64,000 nucleotides of DNA from Eledone cirrhosa (lineage: Eukaryota), in contig OZ024742.1 of the NCBI GenBank assembly GCA_964016885.1, positions 185,194,001 through 185,258,000 of the forward strand. The letters run 5' to 3'. The translations under genes were made by a program, and so were the position numbers. Every line of letters begins with the position of its first letter. Position 1 is the stretch's first letter. This document shows positions 1 through 10,464 of this stretch, piece after piece. Below the pieces are notes generated by a model. The model ran no database searches, was not told the DNA's origin, and worked only from the letters and a program-made list of their open reading frames with translations.

Positions 1-1899
1 GTTAAGTTGGGACTGAGTTAGGTTGGGGTCAAGTTAAGTTGGGGTTGAGTTAAGTTGGGGTTGAGTTAATTTGGGGTTAAGTTAAGTTGGGGTTAACTTA
101 AGTTGGGGTTCAGTTAAGTTGGCGTTCAGTTAAGTTGCGGTGAAGTTAAGTTGGGGTTAACTTAAGTCGGGGTTAAGTTAAGTTGGGGTTAATTTAAGTT
201 GGGGTCAAGTTAAGTTGGGGTTAAGTTAAGTTGGGGTTAAGTTAAGTTGGGGTTAAGTTAAGTTGCGGTTAAGTTAAGTTGGGGTCAAGTTAAGTTGGGG
301 TTAAGTTAAGTTGGGGTTAAGCTAAGTCGCGGTTAAGTTAAGTTGGGGTTAAGTTAAGATGGGGTTAAGTTAAGTTGGGGTTAAGTTAAGTTGGGGTTAA
401 GATAAGTTGGGGTTAAGTTAAGTTGGGGTTGAGTTAAGTTGGGGTTGAGTTAATTGGGGTTAAGTTAAGTTGGGGTTAACTTAAGTTGGGTTTAAGTTAA
501 GTTGGGGTTAAGTTAAGTTGGGGTTAAATTAAGTTGGGGTTAAGATAAGTTGGGGTTAAGTTAAGTCGGGGTTAAGTTAAGTCGGGGTTAAGTTAAGTTG
601 GGGTTAAGTTAACTTGCTGTTAAGTTAAGTTGGGGCTCAGTTAAGTTGGGGTTGAGTTAAGTTGGGGTCAAGTTAAGTTGGGACTAAGCTAAGTTGGGGT
701 TAACTTAAGTTGCGGTTAACTTAAGTTGGCGCTAAGTTAAGTGAAGGTTAAGTTAAGTTGGGGTTGAGTTAAGTTGGGGTTAAGTTAAGTTGGGGTTGAG
801 TTAAGTTGGGGTTGAGTTAAGTTGGGGTTGAGTTAAGTTGGGGTTACGTTAAGTTGGGGTTAAGTTAAGTTGGGGTTAAGTTAAGTTTAGGTTAACTTAA
901 GTTGGGGTTAAGTTAAGTTGGGGTTAAGTTAAGTTGGGGCTAAGTTAAGTTGGGGCTAATTTAAGTTGGGGCTAAGTTAAGTTGGGGTTAAGTTAAGGTG
1001 GGGTTTAGTTAAGTTGGGGTTGATTTAAGTTGGGGTTGAGTTAAGTTGGGGTTAAGTTAAGTTGGGGTTAAGTTAAGTTAGGGTTAACTTAAGTTGGGGT
1101 TAATTTAAGTTGGGGTTGAGTTAAGTTGGGGTTTAATTAAGTTGGGGTTGAGTTAAGTTGGGGTTGAGTTAAGTTGGGCTTGAGTTAAGTTGGGGTTGAG
1201 TTAAGTTGGGCTTATCTTAAGTTGGGGTTAATTTAAGATGGGGTTAAGTTAAGTTGGGGTTAAGTTAATTTGGGGTTAAGTTAAGTTGGGGTTAAGTTAA
1301 GTTGGGGTTATGTTAAGTTGGGGTTAAGTTAAGTTGAGGTTAACTTAAGTTGGGGTTAAGTTAAGTTGGGGTTAAGTTAAGTTGGGGCTTAGTTAAGTTG
1401 GGGCTAAGTTAAGTTGGGGTTAAGTTAAGTTGGGGTTAAGTTAAGTTGGGGTTAAGTTAAGTTGGGGTTAAGATAAGTTGGGGTTAAGTTAAGTTGGGGT
1501 TGAGTTAAGTTGGGGTTGAGTTAATTTGGGGTTAAGTTAAGTTGGGGTTAACTTAAGTTGGGGTTCAGTTAAGTTGGCGTTCAGTTAAGTTGCGGTGAAG
1601 TTAAGTTGGGGTTAACTTAAGTCGGGGTTAAGTTAAGTTGGGGTTAAGTTAAGTTGGGGTGAAGTTAAGTTGGGGTTAAGTTAAGTTGGGGTTATGTTAA
1701 GTTGGCGTTCAGTTAAGTTGCGGTGAAGTTAAGTTGGGGTTAACTTAAGTCGGGGTTAAGTTAAGTTGGAGTTAAGTTAAGTTGGGGTCAAGTTAAGTTG
1801 GGGTTAAGTTAAGTTGGGGTTATGTTAAGTTGGGGTTAAGTTAAGTTGGGGTTAAGTTAAGTCGGGGTTAAGTTAAGTTGGGGTTAAGTTAATTGGGGG

Positions 1900-2690
1900 T
1901 AAGTTAAGTTTGGGTTAAGTTGGGGTTAAGTTAAGTTAGGGTTAAGTTACGTTGGGGTTGAGTTAAGTTGGGGTTAATTTAAATTGGGGTTAAGTTAACT
2001 TTGTGGTTAAGTTAAGTTGGGGTTAAGTTAAGTTGAGGTTAAGTTAATTTGAGGTTAAGTTAAGTTGGGGTTAAGTTAAGTTGGGGTTAAATTAAGCTGG
2101 GTTGAAGTTAAGTTGGGGTTAAGTTAAGTTGGGGTTAAGTTAAGTTGGGGTCAAGTTAAGTTGGGGTTAAGTTAAGTTAGGGTTAAGTTAAGCTTGGGTT
2201 AAATTAAGTTGGGGTTGAGTTAATTTGGGGTTGAGTTAAGTTGGGGTTGAGTTAAGTTGGGGTTGAGTTAAGTTGGGGTTAAGTTAAGTTGGTGTTAACT
2301 TAAGTTGGGGTTAAGTTAAGTTGGGGTCAATTTAAGTTGAGGTTAAGTTAACTTGGGATTAAGTTAAGTTGGGGTTAACTTAAATTGAGGTTAAGTTAAG
2401 TTGGGGTTAAGTTAAGTTGGGGGTAAGTTAAGTTGGGGGTAAGTTAAGTTTGGGTTAAGTTGGGGTTAAGTTAAGTTAGGGTTAAGTTACGTTGGGGTTG
2501 AGTTAAATTGGGGTTAATTTAAATTGGGGTTAAGTTAACTTTGTGGTTAAGTTAAGTTGGGGTTAAGTTAAGTTGAGGTTAAGTTAATTTGAGGTTAAGT
2601 TAAGTTGGGGTTAAGTTAAGTTGGGGTTAAATTAAGCTGGGTTGAAGTTAAGTTGGGGTTAAGTTAAGTTGGGGTTAAGTTAAGTTGGGG
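1900..2690 (+). repeat. Local direct repeat of a ~250 bp variant block at 540 bp spacing
   Basis: Sequence starting at 1921 and at 2461 matches through TTACG, TTAATTTAAATT, AACTTTGTGG and AAGCTGGGTTGAAG. Confidence 0.85.
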
Positions 2691-3229
2691 TTGAGTTAAG
2701 TTGGGGTTAAGTTAAGTTGGGTTTAAGTTAAGTTGGGGTTAAGTTAAGTTGGGGTTAAGTTAAGGTGGGGTTAAGTTAAGTTGGGGTTAAGTTAAGTCGG
2801 GGTTAAGTTAAGTTGGGGTTAAGTTAAGTTGGGGTTAAATTAAGTTGGGGTTAAGTTAAGTAGGGGTTAAGATAAGTTGGGGTTAAGTTAAGTTGGGGTT
2901 GAGTTAAGTTGGGGTTGAGTTAATTTGGGGTTAAGTTAAGTTGGGGTTAACTTAAGTTGGGGTTAAGTTAAGTTGGCGTTCAGTTAAGTTGCGGTTAAGT
3001 TAAGTTGGGGTTAACTTAAGTCGGGGTTAAGTTAAGTTGGGGTTAAGTTAAGTTGGGGTCAGGTTAAGTTGGGGTTAAGTTAAGTTGGGGTTAAGTTAAG
3101 TTGGGGTTAAGTTAAGTCGGGGTTAAGTTAAGTTGGGGTTAAGTTAAGTTGGGGTTAAGTTAAGTTGGGGTCAAGTTAAGTTGGGGTTAAGTTAAGTTGG
3201 GGTTAAGTTAAGTTGGGGTTAAGTTAAGT

Positions 3230-6200
3230 CGCGGTTAGTTAAGTTGGGGTTAAGTTCAGATGGGGTTAAGTTAAGTTGTGGTTAAGTTAAGTTGGGGTTA
3301 AGATAAGTTGGGGTTAACTTAAGTTGCGGTTGAGTTAAGTTAGGGTTGAGTTAATTGGGGTTAAGTTAAGTTGGGGCTAAGTTAAGTTGGGGCTAAGTTA
3401 AGTTGGGGCTAAGTTAAGTTGGGGTTAAGTTAAGGTGGGGTTTAGTTAAGTTGGGGTTGAGTTAAGTTGGGGTTGAGTTAAGTTGGGGTTAAGTTAAGTT
3501 GGGGTTAAGTTAAGTTAGGGTTAACTTAAGTTGGGGTTAAGTTAAGTTTAGGTTAACTTAAGTTGGGGTTAAGTTAAGTTGGGGTTAAGTTAAGTTGGGG
3601 CTAAGTTAAGTTGGGGCTAAGTTAAGTTGGGGCTAAGTTAAGTTGGGGTTAAGTTAAGGTGGGGTTTAGTTAAGTTGGGGTTGAGTTAAGTTGGGGTTGA
3701 GTTAAGTTAGGGTTAAGTTAAGTTGGGGTTAATTTAAGTTAGGGTTAACTTAAGTTGGGGTTAAGTTAAGTTGGGGTTTAATTAAGTTGGGGTTGAGTTA
3801 AGTTGGGGTTGAGTTAAGTTGGGCTTGAGTTAAGTTGGGGTTGAGTTAAGTTGGGCTTATCTTAAGTTGGGGTTAATTTAAGATGGGGTTAAGTTAAGTT
3901 GGGGTTAAGTTAATTTGGGGTTAAGTTAAGTTGGGGTTAAGTTAAGTTGGGGTTATGTTAAGTTGGGGTTAAGTTAAGTTGAGGTTAACTTAAGTTGGGG
4001 TTAAGTTAAGTTGGGGCTAAGTTAAGTTGGGGCTAAGTTAAGTTGGGGTTAAGTTAAGTTGGGGTTAAGTTAAGTTGGGGTCAACTTAAGTTGGGGCTAA
4101 GTTAAGTTGGGGTTAAGTTAAGTTGGGGCTAAGTTAAGTTGGAGTTAAGTTAAGTTGGGGTTAAATTAAGTTGGGGTCAACGTAAGTTGGGGTTAAGTTA
4201 AGTTGGGGTTAAGTTAATTTGGGGGTAAGTTAAGTTGGGGTTAAGTTAAGTTGGGGTTAAGTTAAGTTGGGGTTAAGTTAAGTTGGGGCTGAGTTAAATT
4301 GGGGCTGTGTTAAGTTGGGGTTAAGTTAAGTTGGGGTTAAGTTAAGTTGGGGTTAAGTTAAGTTGGGGTTAAGTTGGGGTTAAATTAAGTTGGGGTTAAT
4401 TTAAGTTGGGGTTAAGTTAAGTTGGGTTTAGGTTAAGTTGGGGTTGAGTTAAGTTGGGGTTAAGTTAAGTTGGGGTTAATTTAAGTTGGGGTTAAGTTAA
4501 GTTGGGGCTGAGTTAAGTTGGGGTTAAGTTAAGTTGGGGTTGAGTTAAGTTGGGGTTAAGTTAAGTTGGGGTTAAGTTAAGTCGGGGTTAAGTTAAGTTG
4601 GGGTTAAGTTAAGTTGGGGTTAAGTTAAGTTGGGGTTAAGTTAAGTTGGGGTTAAGTTAAGTTGGGGTTAAGATAAGTTGGGGTTAAGTTAAGTTGGGGT
4701 TGAGTTAAGTTGGGGTTGAGTTAATTTGGGGTTAAGTTAAGTTGGGGTTAAGTTAAGTTGGGGTTAAGTTAAGTTGGGGTTAAGTTAAGTTGGGGTTAAG
4801 ATAAGTTGGGGTTAAGTTAAGTTGGGGTTGAGTTAAGTTGGGGTTGAGTTAAGTTGGGGTTAAGTTAAGTTGGGGTTAATTTAAGTTGGGGTTAAGTTAA
4901 GTTGGGGCTGAGTTAAGTTGGGGTTAAGTTAAGTTGGGGTTGAGTTAAGTTGGGGTTAAGTTAAGTTGGGGTTAAGTTAAGTCGGGGTTAAGTTAAGTTG
5001 GGGTTAAGTTAAGTTGGGGTTAAGTTAAGTTGGGGTTAAGTTAAGTTGGGGTTAAGTTAAGTTGGGGTTAACTTAAGTCGGGGTTAAGTTAAGTTGGGGT
5101 TAAGTTAAGTTGGGGTCAAGTTAAGTTGGGGTTAAGTTGGGGTTATGTTAAGTTGGGGTTAAGTTAAGTTGGGGTTAAGTTAAGTCGGGGTTAAGTTAAG
5201 TTGGGGTTAAGTTAAGTTGGGGTTAAGTTAAGTTGGGGTCAAGTTAAGTTGGGGTTAAGTTAAGTTGGGGTTAAGTTAAGTCGCGGTTAAGTTAAGTTGG
5301 GGTTAAGTTAAGATGGGGTTAAGTTAAGTTGGGGTTAAGTTAAGTTGGGGTTAAGATAAGTTGGGGTTAAGTTAAGTTGGGGTTGAGTTAAGTTGGGGTT
5401 GAGTTAATTGGGGTTAAGTTAAGTTGGGGTTAACTTAAGTTGGGTTTAAGTTAAGTTGGGGTTAAGTTAAGTTGGGGTTAAATTAAGTTGGGGTTAAGAT
5501 AAGTTGGGGTTAAGTTAAGTCGGGGTTAAGTTAAGTCGGGGTTAAGTTAAGTTGGGGTTAAGTTAACTTGGTGTTAAGTTAAGTTGGGGCTCAGTTAAGT
5601 TGGGGTTGAGTTAAGTTGGGGTCAATTTAAGTTGGGACTAAGCTAAGTTGGGGTTAAGTTAAGTTGGGGTTAAGTTAAGTTGGCGCTAAGTTTAGTGAAG
5701 GTTAAGTTAAGTTGGGGTTGAGTTAAGTTGGGGTTAAGTTAAGTTGGGGTTAAGTTAAGTTAGGGTTAAGTTAAGCTTGGGTTAAGTTAAGTTGGGGTTG
5801 AGTTAATTTGGGGTTGAGTTAAGTTGGGGTTGAGTTAAGTTGGGGTTGAGTTAAGTTGGGGTTAAGTTAAGTTGGGGTTAACTTAAGTTGGGGTTAAGTT
5901 AAGTTGGGGTCAATTTAAGTTGAGGTTAAGTTAACTTGGGATTAAGTTAAGTTGGGGTTAACTTAAATTGAGGTTAAGTTAAGTTGGGGTTAAGTTAAGT
6001 TGGGGGTAAGTTAAGTTGGGGGTAAGTTAAGTTTGGGTTAAGTTGGGGTTAAGTTAAGTTAGGGTTAAGTTACGTTGGGGTTGAGTTAAGTTGGGGTTAA
6101 TTTAAATTGGGGTTAAGTTAACTTTGTGGTTCAGTTAAGTTGGGGTTAAGTTAAGTTGGGGCTTATTTAAGTTGGGGTTAAGTTAAGTTGTGGTTAAGTT

Positions 6201-9200
6201 AAGTTGGGGTTAAGTTAAGTTGGGGTTAAGTTAAGTTGGGGTTAAGTTAAGTTGGGGTTAAATTAAGCTGGGTTGAAGTTAAGTTGGGGTTAAGTTAAGT
6301 TGGGGTTAAGTTAAGTTGGGGTTAAGTTAAGTTGGGGTTAAGTTAAGTCGGGGTTAAGTTAATTTGGGGTTCAGTTAAGTTGGGGTTAAGTTAAGTTGGG
6401 GCTTATTTAAGTTGGGGTTAAGTTAAGTTGTGGTTAAGTTAAGTTGGGGTTAAGTTAAGTCGGGGTTAAGTTAAGTCGGGGTTAAGTTAAGTTGTGGTTA
6501 AGTTAAGTTGGGGTTAAGTTAAGTTGGGGTTAAGTTAAGTTAGGGATAAGCTAAGTTGGCGTTAAGTTAAGTTGGGGTTAAGTTAAGTTGGGGTTAAGTT
6601 AAGTTGTGGTTAAGTTAAGTTGGGGCTGAGTTAAGTTGGGGTCAAGTTAAGTTGGGGTTGAGTTAAGTTGGGGTTAAGTTAAGTTGGGGTTAAGTTAAGT
6701 CGCGGTTAAGTTAAGTTGGGGTTAAGTTAAGATGGGGTTAAGTTAAGTTGTGGTTAAGTTAAGTTGGGGTTAAGATAAGTTGGGGTTAAGTTAAGTTGCG
6801 GTTGAGTTAAGTTGGGGTTGAGTTAATTGGGGTTAAGTTAAGTTGGGGTTAACTTAAGTTGGGTTTAAGTTAAGTTGGGGTTAAGTTAAGTTGGGGTTAA
6901 ATTAAGTTGGGGTTATGATAAGTTGGGGTTAAGTTAAGTCGGGGTTAAGTTATGTCGGGGTTAAGTTAAGTTGGTGTTAAGTTAACTTGGTGTTAAGTTA
7001 AGTTGGGGTTCAGTTAAGTTGGGGTTGAGTTAAGTTGGGGGTCAAGTTAAGTTGGGGTTAAGCTAAGTTGGGGTTAAGTTAAGTTGGGGTTAAGTTAAGT
7101 TGGGGTTAATTTAAGTTTTGGTTAAGTTAAGTTGTGGCTGAGTTAAGTTGGGGTCAAGTTAAGTTGGGGTTGAGTTAAGAAGGGGTTAAGTGAACTTGGG
7201 GTTAAGTTAAGTTGGGGTTAAGTTAAGTTGGGGTTAAGTTAAGTTGGGGTTAAGTTAAGTTGGGGTTAAGATAAGTTGGGGTTAAGTTAAGTTGGGGTTG
7301 AGTTAAGTTGGGGTTGAGTTAATTTGGGGTTAAGTTAAGTTGGGGTTAACTTAAGTTGGGGTTCAGTTAAGTTGGCGTTCAGTTAAGTTGCGGTGAAGTT
7401 AAGTTGGGGTTAACTTAAGTCGGGGTTAAGTTAAGTTGGGGTTAATTTAAGTTGGGGTCAAGTTAAGTTGGGGTTAAGTTAAGTTGGGGTTATGTTAAGT
7501 TGGGGTTAAGTTAAGTTGGGGTTAAGTTAAGTCGGGGTTAAGTTAAGTTGGGGTTAAGTTAAGTTGCGGTTAAGTTGAGTTGGGGTCAAGTTAAGTTGGG
7601 GTTAAGTTAAGTTGGGGTTAAGTTAAGTCGCGGTTAAGTTAAGTTGGGGTTAAGTTAAGATGGGGTTAAGTTAAGTTGGGGTTAAGTTAAGTTGGGGTTA
7701 AGATAAGTTGGGGTTAAGTTAAGTTGGGGTTGAGTTAAGTTGGGGTTGAGTTAATTGGGGTTAAGTTAAGTTGGGGTTAACTTAAGTTGGGTTTAAGTTA
7801 AGTTGGGGTTAAGTTAAGTTGGGGTTAAATTAAGTTGGGGTTAAGATAAGTTGGGGTTAAGTTAAGTCGGGGTTAAGTTAAGTCGGGTTTAAGTTAAGTT
7901 GGGGTTAAGTTAACGTGCTGTTAAGTTAAGTTGGGGCTCAGTTAAGTTGGGGTTGAGTTAAGTTGGGGTCAAGTTAAGTTGGGACTAAGCTAAGTTGGGG
8001 TTAAGTTAAGTTGGGGTTAAGTTAAGTTGGCGCTAAGTTAAGTGAAGGTTAAGTTAAGTCGGGGTTAAGTTAAGTTGGGGTTAAGTTAAGTTGGGGTTAA
8101 GTTAAGTTGGGGTCAAGTTAAGTTGGGGTTAAGTTAAGTTGGGGTTAAGTTAAGTCGCGGTTAAGTTAAGTTGGGGTTAAGTTAAGATGGGGTTAAGTTA
8201 AGTTGGGGTTAAGTTAAGTTGGGGTTAAGATAAGTTGGGGTTCAGTTAAGTTGGGGTTGAGTTAAGTTGGGGTTGAGTTAATTGGGGGTAAGTTAAGTTG
8301 GGGGTAAGTTAAGTTTGGGTTAAGTTGGGGTTAAGTTAAGTTAGGGTTAAGTTACGTTGGGGTTGAGTTAAGTTGGGGTTAATTTAAATTGGGGTTAAGT
8401 TAACTTTGTGGTTAAGTTAAGTTGGGGTTAAGTTAAGTTGAGGTTAATTTAAGTTGAGGTTAAGTTAAGTTGGGGTTAAGTTAAGTTGGGGTTAAATTAA
8501 GCTGGGTTGAAGTTAAGTTGGGGTTAAGTTAAGTTGGGGTTAAGTTAAGTTGGGGTTAAGTTAAGTTGGGGTTAAGTTAAGTCGGGGTTAAGTTAATTTG
8601 GGGTTCAGTTAAGTTGGGGTTAAGTTAAGTTGGGGCTTATTTAAGTTGGGGTTAAGTTAAGTTGTGGTTAAGTTAAGTTGGGGTTAAGTTAAGTCGGGGT
8701 TAAGTTAAGTCGGGGTTAAGTTAAGTTGTGGTTAAGTTAAGTTGGGGTTAAGTTAAGTTGGGGTTGAGTTAAGTTAGGGATAAGCTAAGTTGGCTTTAAG
8801 TTAAGTTGGGGTTAAGTTAAGTTGGGGTTAAGTTAAGTTGTGGTTAAGTTAAGTTGGGGCTGAGTTAAGTTGGGGTCAAGTTAAGTTGGGGTTGAGTTAA
8901 GTTGGGGTTAAGTTAACTTGGGGTTAATTTAAGTTGGGGTTAAGTCAAATTGGGTTTGAGTTAAGTTAGGGTTAAGTTAAGTTGGGGTTAAGTTAAGTTG
9001 GGGTTAAGTTAAGTTGGGGTTAAGTTAAGTTGGGGTTAAATTAAGCTGGGTTTAAGTTAAGTTGGGGTTAAGTTAAGTTGGGGTTAAGTTAAGGTGGGGT
9101 TAAGTTAAGTTGAGGTTAAGTTAAGTTGGGGTTAAATTCAGTTGGGGTTAAGTTAAGTTGGGGTTAAGTTAAGTTGGGGATAAGTTAAGTTGAGTTTAAG

Positions 9201-10464
9201 TTAAGTTGGAGTTAATTTAAGTTGAGGTTAAGTTAAGTTGTGGTTAAGTTAAGTTGTGGTTAAGTTAAGTTGGGGTTAAGTTAAGTTGGGGTTCAGTTAA
9301 GTTGGGGTTACGTTAAGTAGGGGTTAAGTTGGGGTTAAATTAAGTTGGGGTTAAGTTAAGTTGGGGTTAAGTTAAGTTGGGGTTAAGTTAAGTTGGGGTT
9401 AAGTTAAGTTGGGGTTAAGTTAAGTTGGGGTTGAGTTAAGTTGGGGTTAAGTTAAGTCGGGGTTAAGTTAAGTTGGGGTTAAGTTAAGTTGGGGTTAAGT
9501 TAAGTTGGGGTTAAGTTAAGTTGGGGTTGAGTTAAGTTGGGGTTAAGTTAAGTTGGGTTTAACTTAAGTTGGGGTTAAGTTAAGTTGGGGTTAAGTTAAG
9601 GTGGGGTTAAGTTAAGTTGGGGTTAAGTTAAGTCGGGGTTAAGTTAAGTTGGGGTTAAGTTAAGTTGGGGTTAAGTTAAGTTGGGGTTAAGATAAGTTGG
9701 GGTTAAGTTAAGTTGGGGTTGAGTTAAGTTGGGGTTAAGTTAAGTTGGCGTTCAGTTAAGTTGCGGTTAAGTTAAGATGGTGTTAACTTAAGTCGGGGTT
9801 AAGTTAAGTTGGGGTTAAGTTAAGTTGGGGTCAAGTTAAGTTGGGGTTAAGTTAAGTTGGGGTTAAGTTAAGTTGGGGTTAAGTTAAGTCGGGGTTAAGT
9901 TAAGTTGGGGTTAAGTTAAGTTGGGGTTAAGTTAAGTTGGGGTCAAGTTAAGTTGGGGTTAAGTTAAGTTGGGGTTAAGTTAAGTTGGGGTTAAGTTAAG
10001 TCGCGGTTAAGTTAAGTTGGGGTTAAGTTAAGATGGGGTTAAGTTAAGTTGTGGTTAAGTTAAGTTGGGGTTAAGATAAGTTGGGGTTAAGTTAAGTTGC
10101 GGTTGAGTTAAGTTGGGGTTGAGTTAATTGGGGTTAAGATAAGTTGGGGTTAAGTTAAGTTGCGGTTGAGTTAAGTTGGGGTTGAGTTAATTGGGGTTAA
10201 GTTAAGTTGGGGTTAACTTAAGTTGGGTTTAAGTTAAGTTGGGGTTAAGTTAAGTTGGGGTTAAATTAAGTTGGGGTTATGATAAGTTGGGGTTAAGTTA
10301 AGTCGGGGTTAAGTTATGTCGGGGTTAAGTTAAGTTGGTGTTAAGTTAACTTGGTGTTAAGTTAAGTTGGGGTTCAGTTAAGTTGGGGTTGAGTTAAGTT
10401 GGGGGTCAAGTTAAGTTGGGGTTAAGCTAAGTTGGGGTTAAGTTAAGTTGGGGTTAAGTTAAGT
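3230..10464 (+). repeat. Higher-order repeat B, copy 1 (7,235 bp)
   Basis: Markers recur at +7235: GCGGTTAGTT 3231/10466, CTTATCTTAA 3856/11091, GAAGGGGTTAAGTGAAC 7179/14414, GTCAAATTGGGTTTGAG 8945/16180. Confidence 0.92.

Noticed and set aside
1075-1090. TTAGGG and TTAGG hits as canonical telomere repeats
   Set aside because: They are isolated single-base variants of TTGGGG or TTAAG and never occur in tandem.
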